In this document: piece after piece, positions 10,439 to 20,497 of the stretch | How positions within the stretch are numbered: the first letter of the stretch is position 1 | Layout of the letters: each line of letters begins with the position of its first letter | NCBI GenBank assembly: GCA_965219955.1 | Contig: OZ244799.1 | Span: 3,680,001 to 3,744,000, forward strand | Reading direction: 5' to 3' | Origin: a bacterium | GTDB lineage: Bacteria > UBA8248 | DNA length: 64,000 nt | Program-made: the position numbers and the translations under genes | The notes under the pieces: model-generated | Databases searched by the model: none | What the model was told of the DNA's origin: nothing | The model's input: only the letters and a program-made list of their open reading frames with translations

Positions 10439-11308
10439 ATGGACAACACGATGGGAATCGTCTGGGCGCTGGCCGCGGCCGTCATGGCGGCGTTCACGGG
10501 CGTTCTCGCCGCGCGGCCCCTGCGGCACATGGGCCTGATGTCCGCCACCCTGCTCACCAACGTCTTCAACATGCTCGTTCTGGGCCTTTTCGGCTGGTGG
10601 GAATACGACCCCGCCGACGTGACGCTCGAGGGCATGCTCTGGTTCGCCCTTCTGGGCGTCACCGCCTACAGCTACGGACGGCTGGTGTATTACAAGGCGA
10701 TCGACTCCATCGGCCCGCCCCGGCTGATGACGCTCATGAGCACGTCCCCTTTGCTCAGCCTGTCCCTGGCCGTCCTGTTCCTCGGCGAGCAGCCCGGCCC
10801 GGCCGTTCTTGCGGGAACGGGCCTCGTGGTGGCGGGCGTCATTCTGGTGAGCTACGAACCCGCCCGGGGACGCTGGTTCCAGCCGGCGATCCTCTGGGGT
10901 TTCGCGAGCGCGCTCTCGCTCGGCGTGAGCGTGTTCATCCGCAAGAAGGGCCTGGACGCCATGCCGAGCATCGCTCTTACGGTCGCGTGGTCGAACATGG
11001 TGAGCATCCCCATCATCTACAGCCTGAGATACCTCTCCCCGCCCGCGCTGTTCGACTGGGGGCCGCGCTGGGCGGTCGTGACCATCATCGTGGTCGGCGT
11101 GCTGAACTCGGGCAACCAGCTTCTCTACAACCTCGCCATCATCAACGCCGAGGTCAGCGTCGTCGGCCCCATCATCGCGTCAATGCCAATCTTTTCAGTG
11201 ATTTTCACCGTCCTCATGCTGCGCGACATGACGCGCGTGCGGCCCCGGCTCGTCCTGGGCGTATGCGTCACGGTGGCCGGAATGGCCGCCGTCGCCCTGG
11301 GCCGGTGA
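10439..11308 (+). CDS. EamA/DMT family transporter (paralog of upstream gene)
   Basis: LAVLFLGE; about 10 TM segments; shares VSYEP..GRWF with the upstream gene. Confidence 0.85.
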   Translation: MDNTMGIVWALAAAVMAAFTGVLAARPLRHMGLMSATLLTNVFNMLVLGLFGWWEYDPADVTLEGMLWFALLGVTAYSYGRLVYYKAIDSIGPPRLMTLMSTSPLLSLSLAVLFLGEQPGPAVLAGTGLVVAGVILVSYEPARGRWFQPAILWGFASALSLGVSVFIRKKGLDAMPSIALTVAWSNMVSIPIIYSLRYLSPPALFDWGPRWAVVTIIVVGVLNSGNQLLYNLAIINAEVSVVGPIIASMPIFSVIFTVLMLRDMTRVRPRLVLGVCVTVAGMAAVALGR

Positions 11309-11663
11309 GGTGAGCGGCCCCCGCAATTCCCCGCATTTGCGGTAATCACAGGCGTGGCGGATCATGGCAGAATTCCCCTGCGCCCGGATTCCGCGGCGTC
11401 ATTTCCCAAGAAATTAATTTTCAGAAATTTATCGAAAGATACGTTCATAGTCTTGCCCTACGGACAATCGTACGACTGGATACCCATAAGCACGATAAAT
11501 CGCTGTATTAAAAGAGATAATTATCATACTTTCCTTTTCCTCTCCCTTTGCATTTACGTCATATTTACGCTATAAGGGACGCATATTTGATGCCGGACGT
11601 ATGCGATTTGATTACGGAACGCCCATATCCTCCGGCCCGTGACACGATTTCCGGGGAGTTCCC

Positions 11664-12845
11664 ATGCCCAGAAGAAGCGAACGCAAGCTTACCAAACGCG
11701 TGGTCGACGCGCTATCCATCGAGAAGGACGACGCCGTCTTCTGGGACCGGGAACTGGCGGGCTTCGGGGTGCGGGTCTACGCCACGGGCCGGAAGGTCTA
11801 CGTGGTGCAGTCACGGGGTCCGTGGGGCCCCAGACGCGTGACGCTGGGCAAACACGGCGAGATGTCGTGCGATGAGGCGAGGAAGACGGCGGCCGGCGTC
11901 ATCGACCGCATCAAGCGGGGCGAGGAGCCAGAGCCCAAGCCGCCCGAGGCCGCGCCCACGGTGGCGGGTCTTGCCGGGCGCTTCATGCGCGACCATGCCG
12001 AAACGCACTGCAAGCGCAACACCGCCAGGACGTACCGCTCCTATATCGGGAACCACATCCTTCCGGCGCTGGGCGGGAAGGCGCTCGCCGAGGTCGGCCG
12101 GGCAGAGATATCGGCGTTTCATCACAGCCTGCGCGCGACGCCCGGCGCGGCCAACGCGGTCCTGGGACTGCTCTCCAGCATGTTCAAGATGGCCGAGGCG
12201 TGGGGCCTGGTTCCTCCCGGGAGCAACCCGTGCCGGGCGGTGCGCCGCTACCGGACGCGCAAGTGCGAGCGGTTCCTGACGCAGGATGAATTCCGCCGCC
12301 TCGGACGTGCGCTCCGTGACCTGGAGACGGAGGGGAAGGGGTGGCCGGTAGCGGCCGCGGCGATCAGGCTCCTGGCGCTGACCGGGTGCAGGCGGAGCGA
12401 GATACTGGATCTCAGGTGGGACGACGTGGACCGCACGGCAGGCGAGTTGCGCCTGAGAGACTCCAAGGCGGGCCCGCGCATGGTGCCCCTGACCAAACCC
12501 GTCAAGAGGGTGCTGGAGGGGATCCCCCGCTCGCCGGACAATCCCTGGGTGTTTCCCGCAAGGTACGGGGACGGCCGCCTGACGGACCTCCACCACTACT
12601 GGGAGGCCGTGAGGGAGCGGGCGGGGCTTCATGACGTCCGCATTCACGACCTCAGGCACTCGTACGCCAGCCGGGCGCTGGCGCTCGGCGAGAGTCTGTC
12701 TGCGATCGGCAGGCTGCTCGGCCACCGTCACGTGGTGAGCACGGCGCGCTACGCGCACCTGATGCGCGATGCCGAGAAGGCGGCGGCCGCCCGTGTGGGG
12801 GAGAGCATCGGCGTCCACGTCACGAACGGGAGGATGGAGCGATGA
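11664..12845 (+). CDS. Tyrosine recombinase/integrase with N-terminal arm-binding domain
   Basis: WDRELAGFGVRV N-terminus; LTGCRRSEI, HDLRHSYAS, LLGH, TARYAH (R-H-R-H-Y). Confidence 0.95.
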   Translation: MPRRSERKLTKRVVDALSIEKDDAVFWDRELAGFGVRVYATGRKVYVVQSRGPWGPRRVTLGKHGEMSCDEARKTAAGVIDRIKRGEEPEPKPPEAAPTVAGLAGRFMRDHAETHCKRNTARTYRSYIGNHILPALGGKALAEVGRAEISAFHHSLRATPGAANAVLGLLSSMFKMAEAWGLVPPGSNPCRAVRRYRTRKCERFLTQDEFRRLGRALRDLETEGKGWPVAAAAIRLLALTGCRRSEILDLRWDDVDRTAGELRLRDSKAGPRMVPLTKPVKRVLEGIPRSPDNPWVFPARYGDGRLTDLHHYWEAVRERAGLHDVRIHDLRHSYASRALALGESLSAIGRLLGHRHVVSTARYAHLMRDAEKAAAARVGESIGVHVTNGRMER

Positions 12846-14011
12846 CGACGAAGCCCAAGATGAAAACGCTCTCGAACCGGCTGGTGAGAAAACTCACGGC
12901 CGAGAAGGACACGGTGTTCTGGGACCGCGACCTCACAGGCTTCGGCGTCAGGGTCTATCCCACCGGCTCAAAAGTCTACATCGCCCAGGCGCGGGGACCG
13001 GAAGGCCCCAAACGCGTGGCGGTGGGCCGTCACGGCGTGATACACGCGGAGGAGGCCAGGAAGCGCGCGGCGCTCGTCATCGCGCGCATCAAGGCGGGCG
13101 AGGAACCTGTGCCCGAGCCGATGAAGCCGGCCTGCGGTCCCACGGTGGCCGAGCTCGCGAAGCGCTATCTCGCGGAATACGTCTCCGTGCATTGCAAGCC
13201 GCGCACCGTGAAGACGCTCCGCTCCGTGGTCGGCAGGAACATCGTGCCCGCGCTTGGCGCGATGCCGATATCCGCGGTCGAGCGCAAACACGTGGCGGAA
13301 CTCCACGGGCGGCTGAGCGCCAAGCCCGCGGCGGCGAACCATGCCGTGCGGGCGCTGTCCGCGATGTACCGCCTCGCAGGTGAATGGGGTCTCGTGGCCG
13401 AGGGCGTGAACCCGTGCCGCGCCATCGCCGAATACCCGGTCGGCCGTCGGGAGCGCTTCCTGACGGAGGCGGAATTCGACCGCCTGGGAGAGGCGCTTGA
13501 CGAGACAGAGGCCGGGGGCGGCGCGTCGGCGAGCGCGGTGGCGGCGATCAGGCTCCTGATCCTGACCGGGTGCCGGAAGTCGGAGATCCTCACGCTGCGC
13601 TGGGAGGAGGTGGCGCTCGATCAAGCGGAACTGCGGCTCTCAGACTCCAAGACGGGCGCGCGGGTCGTTTCGCTCTCAGGTCCCGCGGTCAAACTCCTCG
13701 CGGGTCTGCCGCGCACCCCCGGCAATCCCTGGGTGCTCCCCGGCAGGAAGCCGGGGACGCACCTCCGGAAGCTAGACGACGCCTGGCAGTCCGTCCGCTC
13801 GCGCGCGGGGCTTCATGACGTGCGCCTCCATGACCTGCGCCATTCGTTCGCCTCGAGAGCTCTCGCGCTCGGCGAGGGGCTTTCCACGATAGGGAAATTG
13901 CTCGGCCACGCCCGGATCGAGACCACCTCGCGCTACGCACATCTCGCGCGCGATTCGGTGCGCGAGTCCGCCGAGCGGGTCGCCGCGAGCATCGCAGAAG
14001 ACCTGCTGTAG
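12842..14011 (+). CDS. Second tyrosine recombinase/integrase, paralogous, ATGA-coupled to the first
   Basis: LTGCRKSEI, HDLRHSFAS, LLGH, TSRYAH. Confidence 0.95.
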   Translation: MTTKPKMKTLSNRLVRKLTAEKDTVFWDRDLTGFGVRVYPTGSKVYIAQARGPEGPKRVAVGRHGVIHAEEARKRAALVIARIKAGEEPVPEPMKPACGPTVAELAKRYLAEYVSVHCKPRTVKTLRSVVGRNIVPALGAMPISAVERKHVAELHGRLSAKPAAANHAVRALSAMYRLAGEWGLVAEGVNPCRAIAEYPVGRRERFLTEAEFDRLGEALDETEAGGGASASAVAAIRLLILTGCRKSEILTLRWEEVALDQAELRLSDSKTGARVVSLSGPAVKLLAGLPRTPGNPWVLPGRKPGTHLRKLDDAWQSVRSRAGLHDVRLHDLRHSFASRALALGEGLSTIGKLLGHARIETTSRYAHLARDSVRESAERVAASIAEDLL

Positions 14012-14012
14012 G
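13975..14012 (+). repeat. 38-bp direct repeat, copy 1 (3' end of integrase 2)
   Basis: GCGGGTCGCCGCGAGCATCGCAGAAGACCTGCTGTAGG; 36/38 identical to 15461-15498. Confidence 0.9.
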
Positions 14013-14126
14013 CGTCGAGACCATAGTCCACCCCGGCGTCGGATCCAGCGTCCGGAGCGAAATCCTCGCTCCCGGCGGGACCCCACGTGCGCAGGCGCCC
14101 CACTCGGCGAGCGTAAGGCTTCTCGA

Positions 14127-14678
14127 TCAGTCCCGGATGCCTGATGCGCCTTCGGTGCCGGTTTGGCGGATGTCGCCCGGCGGCGGCGGGACGGAAACAT
14201 CGGAGAGGTCGATCTCGAAGTCCGCGTAGAAAACCGGCTCCCGGCCGGTCTCGGCGGTGGCCATGATCCCGGCAAACCAGTCCGCATAGACCGGATCGTG
14301 TCCCTTTCCGCGCGCCGCTATCTCCGGAAACCGTTCGACGAACATGCGCGCGAGCTCGCATGCGTCCTTCCCTCCGGCATCCCTCCATCCGAACGGGGCG
14401 TCCCCTTCCGAGCTGGAATAACCTGCGACGAGGGAGCACGTACTCTCCTTGATGCGCAAGCCGTCCTCCGCCACGTTGTCCGCGCTCGTGATGGAGCAGC
14501 GCCAGTGCATGCCGGAGGGGGACAGGCCGGATCTCATCCTGATTCTTTGATACCCCGCCTCGTGCAGCGCGCGCACGAGCGAGAGGACGCGCAGGATGTC
14601 GCGGAGAGCGGGACCGGGCTGAAGCGGCTCCTCACGCGCGAACGCCGACTTGCCCCGGGCAAACCATGAATCTTCCAT
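14127..14678 (-). CDS. Hypothetical protein
   Basis: 183-aa ORF with GGAGG RBS, directly downstream of HU; natural-looking composition (LHEAGYQRIR..SPSGMHWRC). Confidence 0.65.
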   Translation of the reverse strand: MEDSWFARGKSAFAREEPLQPGPALRDILRVLSLVRALHEAGYQRIRMRSGLSPSGMHWRCSITSADNVAEDGLRIKESTCSLVAGYSSSEGDAPFGWRDAGGKDACELARMFVERFPEIAARGKGHDPVYADWFAGIMATAETGREPVFYADFEIDLSDVSVPPPPGDIRQTGTEGASGIRD

Positions 14679-14693
14679 GGAGGCCTCCGAAAG

Positions 14694-14966
14694 CTAGCGC
14701 ACCGCGTCCCGCAGGGCCTTGCCGGCCTTGAAGGACGGCGTCTTCGAAGCGGCGATGACGATGCGCTCCCCCGTGGCGGGGTTTCGTCCGTTGCGCGCCG
14801 CCCGGCTCCTCACCGAGAACGTGCCGAACCCCGGCAGGGTGACCTTCTCCCCGCTTGCGAGAGCGCCCCTGATGGCTTCCAGAAGCGCGTTCACCGCGCG
14901 CTCCGCCTCGGCCTGCGACAGCGAGTTCTGTTCTGCGGCGCGGGCCGCGATATCCGATTTCCTCAT
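14694..14966 (-). CDS. HU family DNA-binding protein
   Basis: MRKSDI..., LPGFGTF, RAARNGRNPATGE, PSFKAGKALRDAV; 90 aa. Confidence 0.95.
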   Translation of the reverse strand: MRKSDIAARAAEQNSLSQAEAERAVNALLEAIRGALASGEKVTLPGFGTFSVRSRAARNGRNPATGERIVIAASKTPSFKAGKALRDAVR

Positions 14967-15460
14967 TTCCCGTTCCTTTCCGAACCGTAAGTGATCGCGC
15001 GCATGCGCCATAAGTGCGACAGGGCCGGACGACGCCCGCCGTCAGTATCCAGGCGAGGCCGGTCCGGCTCCCGCCCGATGATTCATCATCCGAACAGCCG
15101 CCCGGAGCGGGCTTCATTCGCCGGCAGGCCGGTGCTCCGTTCTTTCCTGCAGCACGTTTTACTCAAGACGTTTGAACGATAGCGTGAGAGACACGATCTC
15201 TCCCGGCCTGCCTTGGTGCGGCTCGCACTTCCGTCATGATCCGCCCGGGAAACCCGTGCCCTCATCTTCCGGAAATTCCGTCCCGGCCGCTTCACGTCCG
15301 TCACGAAGCAGGGAACCGCAAGCGGCGGAATACGTATCGGCATCGCTTCGAAGTATAAACGAAGCAGCGTGAATTTAGTGTAATTTTCCGTTTTCAATCC
15401 ATGCTCTTTTCGTGATGACAAGCATCCGGATACGTTTTTTCGGCGTCGGCAGCCACCGCC

Positions 15461-15498
15461 GCGGGTCGCCGCGAGCATCGCCAAAGACCTGCTGTAGG
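15461..15498 (+). repeat. 38-bp direct repeat, copy 2
   Basis: GCGGGTCGCCGCGAGCATCGCCAAAGACCTGCTGTAGG. Confidence 0.9.
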
Positions 15499-15527
15499 GC
15501 GCCGCGCGCAACTCCTGCGCGATGTCC

Positions 15528-18344
15528 CTATATCTCCATCAGGCGATCGAAACGCGTCCTCTCCATCGCGGGCCCCCGCCCTTCACCCGGATGCAGCGCT
15601 CCCTTCTGCTTCTCCGTCCCGATGCTCCCGGCCTTGCCCGCTCCTATCGCCTCCAGCGCCGCGATCCGCTCCCCGGTCGCGGCTTCGAGCCGCTCGCACA
15701 GGGCCTTCGCGTCGTCGGTCACGAGTTCCGCCCGGTCCCGGGCGCGGCTGATCTCGACGTAGAGCGTCTTCTGGTTGGTGAGCTCGGGGTGGTTCGCCTC
15801 CATGGCGGCGATGACGGTATCGACCGTCCGGCCCTGGAAGGCGTGTACGGTCGAGGCCCAGGCGCGGTCGACGTGTCGAAGCTGCGGATCGGCGCTCGTC
15901 ATGTCGAGGACGCGCCCGTCCTCGATGCGGAAGGTGATGCGCCCGCCCCTGACGTCCGTCACCTCGGCGGCCTGGCTGTTCATGAGACCAAGATCGGGAT
16001 CGTTCCGGGTCCAGCGGACCTTGTCGCCCTGGCGCAGCTCCATATGCTCGACGCGGTATACCTCGACACCGCCGCTTCGCGCCGCGAGACGGCGGGGTTC
16101 CCAGCGGATTTCCCGCCCGTGCCCCCCTTCGAGGATGACCGCGCCGCCCTTGTGGTCGACACCCGCCACGCGCAACTCGTCCCCCTTCTCGACGCCGATG
16201 CGCTTGTAGGGGCGGTGGAAGGCCACGACGTCGCCGGGTGAATAGTTCGCGGCGAGCGATTTCTCGGGATTCGTGTAGCCGCGCGAGACGAGGCGTTCCG
16301 TGAGAAAAGCCGGACCGTGGACGACGCCCTCCCTGACCAGGCGCTCGCGGACGATGGCGTTGATCTTCTCGCGGATCGCATGGCTCGGCGCCATGAGCCC
16401 GGCGTTTGCGCGCGCCTCCGGCGATAACGCCAGCCAGCGCGCGGCAGCGGCGCCCGCGAGGTTGTCGGGTTTCACTTCGGCCACGTTGGAGCCCAGTTTC
16501 CCGAAGGCGCTCTTCACGTCGCCCGCGAGCGTGGACTCGACGGCGGCTTTCAGGTCCTGGTCGCGCTGACGCATGATCTCCTGCATCACCGCCGTCTTCA
16601 TTCCCGCTGCCTGCAGCTGCGCGAAGGGTTTGCCGGCGTCCACGGCGTCGAGCTGTTTCGCATCGCCGACGAGAACGACCCGCGGCAAGCGAAGGACCTC
16701 CGCGATACGGAAGAGTTCGCGCATCTCGCGCGTGGAAGCCAGCGATCCCTCGTCCACCACGAGGGCGGTCCTGCTCCAGGCGGCGCGCATCTTTTTCTCG
16801 GCCGTTCTCGTGAGACGGCCCTGGGCGACCCCTGCGTTACGAGCGAGGAAGCGCTGGAGCGTCTCGCTCTCGATGCCCGCTTCCGCTTCGAGTGTCCGCG
16901 CGGCCGAGGCCGAGGGGGCCAGGCCCCGGACCTCGTGGCCGCGTTTCTCGAAGAGCGCGCGGGCGCGCCTGAGCATCCTGGTCTTGCCGGTGCCGGCGTA
17001 GCCCTGCACGCCGACGACGCGGTCAGGGTCCGTGAGGATGAGCTTGACCGCTTCTCGCTGGCCATGTGTCAGCGGGCCGTTTCTGAGCGCTTTGTCCACG
17101 GTGCGGCTGCGCATGGCGGGCTCGCCCCGCCCCCTGCCGGCCTCCACCAAGGCGATGGTCTCGCGCTCGGCCGCCGCGGCCTTCTCCGTCGTGAGCATGT
17201 CCTTCACTCCGGGCAAATCCGCCGCGTGCAGGACGCCGGTCTCCTCCAGCCTCTTGACCTCGCGCTCGGCGCCCGTCATCGACACCGCGCCCGGCCGCCA
17301 GGCGAGCGCGCCCGCGAGCAGGGCCGCGCGGTCGAAGACGGCCTCTCGCTCCGCCAGGTGCGCCACAGCCCATTCCACGGCCTCGCGCGCGGGTTCGGCT
17401 TCCCTGGATGGAGCGCTCCTCGCCTTCGCCCGGTCCTTGAGAGCAGCGGCGTCGAAGCCGAGATCGGCGGCCTGTTTCTGCCAGGCGGCCATGAGCGTCC
17501 CCTTGTCTGCCTCCCGTTTGGGGTCCCGCGTCATGAGCGTGACCCGCTGTGCCGCGCGCTGGTTCTCAGCCGTGGCGCCAAGTCCCCGCTCTTCCATCGC
17601 CTTCTCGATCTCCGCCCGCCGGGTCGAGAACGCCTCGATCACCTCCCTGGGTACCCCCGCGATCTCGAAGCGCCCGTCGGCGTGGGTCTTCTCGACCCGG
17701 TAGCCGAACCCTTCGAGGCCGCGTGCGAGTTCGGTCCGGTATATCGCGCCGATCAGCATCTTGCTCGCATAGAGTTTCTCGTTGGACATGGTGCGCCACT
17801 TGCCGTCCGCGCCACGGACCATGTTGGCGATCACGGCGTGCGTGTGGAGCAGGGGGTCGAGGTTGCGCGAGGTGTCGTGCCGGAAAGTCGCGACCACGCT
17901 CTTCTGGTCGCCCACGCGGACCATGCGCCCGGTCGCGGGGTCGCTCATCCTGGTCTCGGCGACGTTTCGCTCGACCCAGTCCAGGGTGCGCGCGACGGCC
18001 ACCTGGTGGGCCCAGATCGCGCGCCCGTCGCCGCCGACGTACGCGAGCAGGGAGACGGACTTGGGCGCCGAGAGGGTAAGGTCGCGTCCCGGGCGGTGGT
18101 GGAACGACCCGTCCTTGCCCGGGCGGCCGAGCCTGCGTCCCGAACCGTCGGGGACCACGCCTTCGAGCACCGCGCGGAGGGTATCGGGGTCGACCGGACC
18201 GGTCAGGCCCAGGTCCTCAGCACCCCTGCCTCGCCAGGCGCTTGCCTCCCGATGGATCGGGTCGCCCTTCGCGTAGTAGTCGTCGCGCTCGAAGTAGGAC
18301 GCGCACTGCGCGGGGGAGGCTACGGCGCCGATCGACGCGACCAT
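15528..18344 (-). CDS. MOB_F conjugative relaxase-helicase (TrwC/TraI-like)
   Basis: N-terminal Y..DDYY, DLTLSAPKSVS, HDTSRNLDPLLHTH (HUH); RecD-like helicase GYAGTGKT, VVDEGS, GDAKQL, TVHAFQG, YVEISRAR. Confidence 0.95.
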   Translation of the reverse strand: MVASIGAVASPAQCASYFERDDYYAKGDPIHREASAWRGRGAEDLGLTGPVDPDTLRAVLEGVVPDGSGRRLGRPGKDGSFHHRPGRDLTLSAPKSVSLLAYVGGDGRAIWAHQVAVARTLDWVERNVAETRMSDPATGRMVRVGDQKSVVATFRHDTSRNLDPLLHTHAVIANMVRGADGKWRTMSNEKLYASKMLIGAIYRTELARGLEGFGYRVEKTHADGRFEIAGVPREVIEAFSTRRAEIEKAMEERGLGATAENQRAAQRVTLMTRDPKREADKGTLMAAWQKQAADLGFDAAALKDRAKARSAPSREAEPAREAVEWAVAHLAEREAVFDRAALLAGALAWRPGAVSMTGAEREVKRLEETGVLHAADLPGVKDMLTTEKAAAAERETIALVEAGRGRGEPAMRSRTVDKALRNGPLTHGQREAVKLILTDPDRVVGVQGYAGTGKTRMLRRARALFEKRGHEVRGLAPSASAARTLEAEAGIESETLQRFLARNAGVAQGRLTRTAEKKMRAAWSRTALVVDEGSLASTREMRELFRIAEVLRLPRVVLVGDAKQLDAVDAGKPFAQLQAAGMKTAVMQEIMRQRDQDLKAAVESTLAGDVKSAFGKLGSNVAEVKPDNLAGAAAARWLALSPEARANAGLMAPSHAIREKINAIVRERLVREGVVHGPAFLTERLVSRGYTNPEKSLAANYSPGDVVAFHRPYKRIGVEKGDELRVAGVDHKGGAVILEGGHGREIRWEPRRLAARSGGVEVYRVEHMELRQGDKVRWTRNDPDLGLMNSQAAEVTDVRGGRITFRIEDGRVLDMTSADPQLRHVDRAWASTVHAFQGRTVDTVIAAMEANHPELTNQKTLYVEISRARDRAELVTDDAKALCERLEAATGERIAALEAIGAGKAGSIGTEKQKGALHPGEGRGPAMERTRFDRLMEI

Positions 18345-18764
18345 ATCAGCAACTCCTCGGGCGGTTACGGCAGTTCTCGTTCATATGCGTCTCTCCTTCG
18401 CGTTCGAACATTTCGCCCCGATCGATCCTCCGGCGTCATGCGGGCGGGGGCGTCCATCGCCTGCACGAGAGACGGAAATAAAGCACCAACAACTCGTTTG
18501 CAAGGATTTTCTATATCCAGTTTCCTACGCTTTTTGCGCATACGCGCCCTCGCATACGAAAGGCTACGCGGGGGTATGATCTTTTTTTCGCGGCGCGCCC
18601 CGCCCGAAACGGAACGCCGCAGGTCGCGGACGGCCGTTCATCGCGCGCCTCCCCCAGGCCCCGCGCCGACGAGAGGCGGAGCCGGGCCTGGAGGGGGCGG
18701 CGGAAGGGCGTCCGGGAGAGGACGTTCTCCGCCTTCCCGACCACCCACAGCAAGGAGGCGCGCG

Positions 18765-19079
18765 ATGCGGACGAGCATGCGAGAGTCGAACACCTTCCTC
18801 ACCCACACCTTCGGCCGGGGGCTCGAAGACGAGCGATACGCCGTCGAGCGGTTCAAGTCCACGATGGACGGCGAGATCCGCCCCATTCCCGCTGCGAAAG
18901 CGAAGACCGGGAGCGGGCGCAGGACGAAGAGAGCTACAGCCACCCGGAAAGCCGTCCGGGAGATGCGGCCCGCGCAAGACGAGATCATCGTCTGCACGGG
19001 CCTGCGCACCAGGGACAGCGGAGTCCAGTATTGGGGCGTTTTTTCGATCGGGATCTTCGGCCAAAGCAGTCGGCGCTGA
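18765..19079 (+). CDS. Hypothetical protein (104 aa)
   Basis: AAGGAGG RBS before ATG 18765; stops just upstream of the next gene's RBS. Confidence 0.45.
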   Translation: MRTSMRESNTFLTHTFGRGLEDERYAVERFKSTMDGEIRPIPAAKAKTGSGRRTKRATATRKAVREMRPAQDEIIVCTGLRTRDSGVQYWGVFSIGIFGQSSRR

Positions 19080-19095
19080 GGGGGGGGAGAGACGG

Positions 19096-19905
19096 ATGCC
19101 GTACAAGGACCCAGAGGAGGGACGCAGGAAAGAGCGCGAACGCCACCGCCGGCGCGCCGCCGAACGCCGCGCGATGGGCCTGTGTCCGAAGTGCGGGCGC
19201 CGACCGCCCGCACCCGGGCGCAGCATGTGCGAATCCTGCCTCGAGAGGGGGCGGGCCGCCGAGCGCGCCCGCTACGCGAGAGGCAAGGCCGCCGGGGACC
19301 CCTACGGGGGGAAGAACCCCGAGGGCCGCCGCCGGATGGCGCGGGAGAGGAGCAAGAGGCGAAGGCGTGAACGCAAGGCGGCCGGCCTCTGCACGGCCTG
19401 CGGAGAGCGTCCCCCGGTAGAGGGAAGCGCCGTGTGCGAGACCTGCCGGGAGGCGAGGCGCGCTGAAGAGCGAAAGCTCTACGCCGCCAGGAGAGCGAAA
19501 GGGCTGTGCGGCAGGTGCGGGAGGCCGACGTTCGCAGGCGCCGCGCTATGCGGTCCGTGCGCCGCGCTCGAAGAAGGACGCGCTACGAAGAAGAACGCCG
19601 CGAGCCGGGCGCGCTACGCAAAAAGGCGCGCACAGAGGCTCTGCGTGGACTGTGGCCGGCCTGCGGGCCTTGCCGCGCGGTGCGAACCCTGCGCGCGGCG
19701 CTCCTGGCACTCCTCGGGCGAGCACAAGGGCCTGCCCCTCTACCCGCCGCGCTACACCGTGGTCGAACTCGCCACGGGCGAGGAGCACGGCCCCTGGGAC
19801 TCCTGGGAGGAGGTCGCCATGTGCCTCGCCTTCGAGAAGCTCTCCCGCGAGGAGGTGGAGATCATCGAAGACGCGTCGCCTATGGCCAGGTACACCAGCT
19901 GGTAG
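19096..19905 (+). CDS. Arg-rich protein with four tandem C4 zinc-ribbon-like repeats
   Basis: Eight CxxC pairs (CPKC/CESC, CTAC/CETC, CGRC/CGPC, CVDC/CEPC) in RRAxGLCxxCG repeats; GGAG RBS. Confidence 0.8.
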   Translation: MPYKDPEEGRRKERERHRRRAAERRAMGLCPKCGRRPPAPGRSMCESCLERGRAAERARYARGKAAGDPYGGKNPEGRRRMARERSKRRRRERKAAGLCTACGERPPVEGSAVCETCREARRAEERKLYAARRAKGLCGRCGRPTFAGAALCGPCAALEEGRATKKNAASRARYAKRRAQRLCVDCGRPAGLAARCEPCARRSWHSSGEHKGLPLYPPRYTVVELATGEEHGPWDSWEEVAMCLAFEKLSREEVEIIEDASPMARYTSW

Positions 19906-20497
19906 GTGCTTGCACCGGCTCGCCGCCTGCACGTGCTGCCGTTCGCCTGCCGGTAGTACGTACTGCCGTCAGCTCGCCGGCGGGGGGCAGACACGATCGG
20001 GGAGAGGGGTGACGCCGCCCTGCTGTGCCGCCGTCCCGAAGCCGTCCGGGTTCCTACCCGCCGGGGGCGGGGGAAGGTCACCCCGCCGCGCCGCCGACCG
20101 GACCCGGGCGCGCCGCACAGGACGGCGGGCAGGGAGCCCGGCCGCGAGGCCGGATACGACCACACGGGGCAACCGCAACCCGGCAGATCTGTCCCGCCAC
20201 GGTCGCCGACAACCCCGCATCGGTAATCCCGCCGCTCGATACGTCTCCGTTCACCCACCCCTCGTCTCATCCGAACCCCGGACCAGGGGCGCGCTTGCCT
20301 GGTTCCCGCTCCCGTCCGCCTTCGGGGCTACCCGGTCGGGACGGAGGCCGCTCACGGCCCACGAAAGTTCCGACGCCGGTTACGACCCTCCTCCCAAGAG
20401 GAAGAGCGAAGCGGGGAGCCGGGCAAAGGCCCGGCAGGGGAGAGGGAGACGGTCTCCAGCTCCCGCCGCCGGAAACAACCCGAGAGGAGGCTTGGCC

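Noticed and set aside
11310-11660. tRNA/tmRNA integration site
   Set aside because: No cloverleaf or T-loop/CCA pattern was seen here or elsewhere in the window.
18350-18600. oriT directly upstream of the relaxase
   Set aside because: Short repeats (CGCATACG twice, TACGC/GCGCA) exist, but there is no convincing MOB_F nic match and gene polarity to the right does not fit a leading region. Left unresolved.
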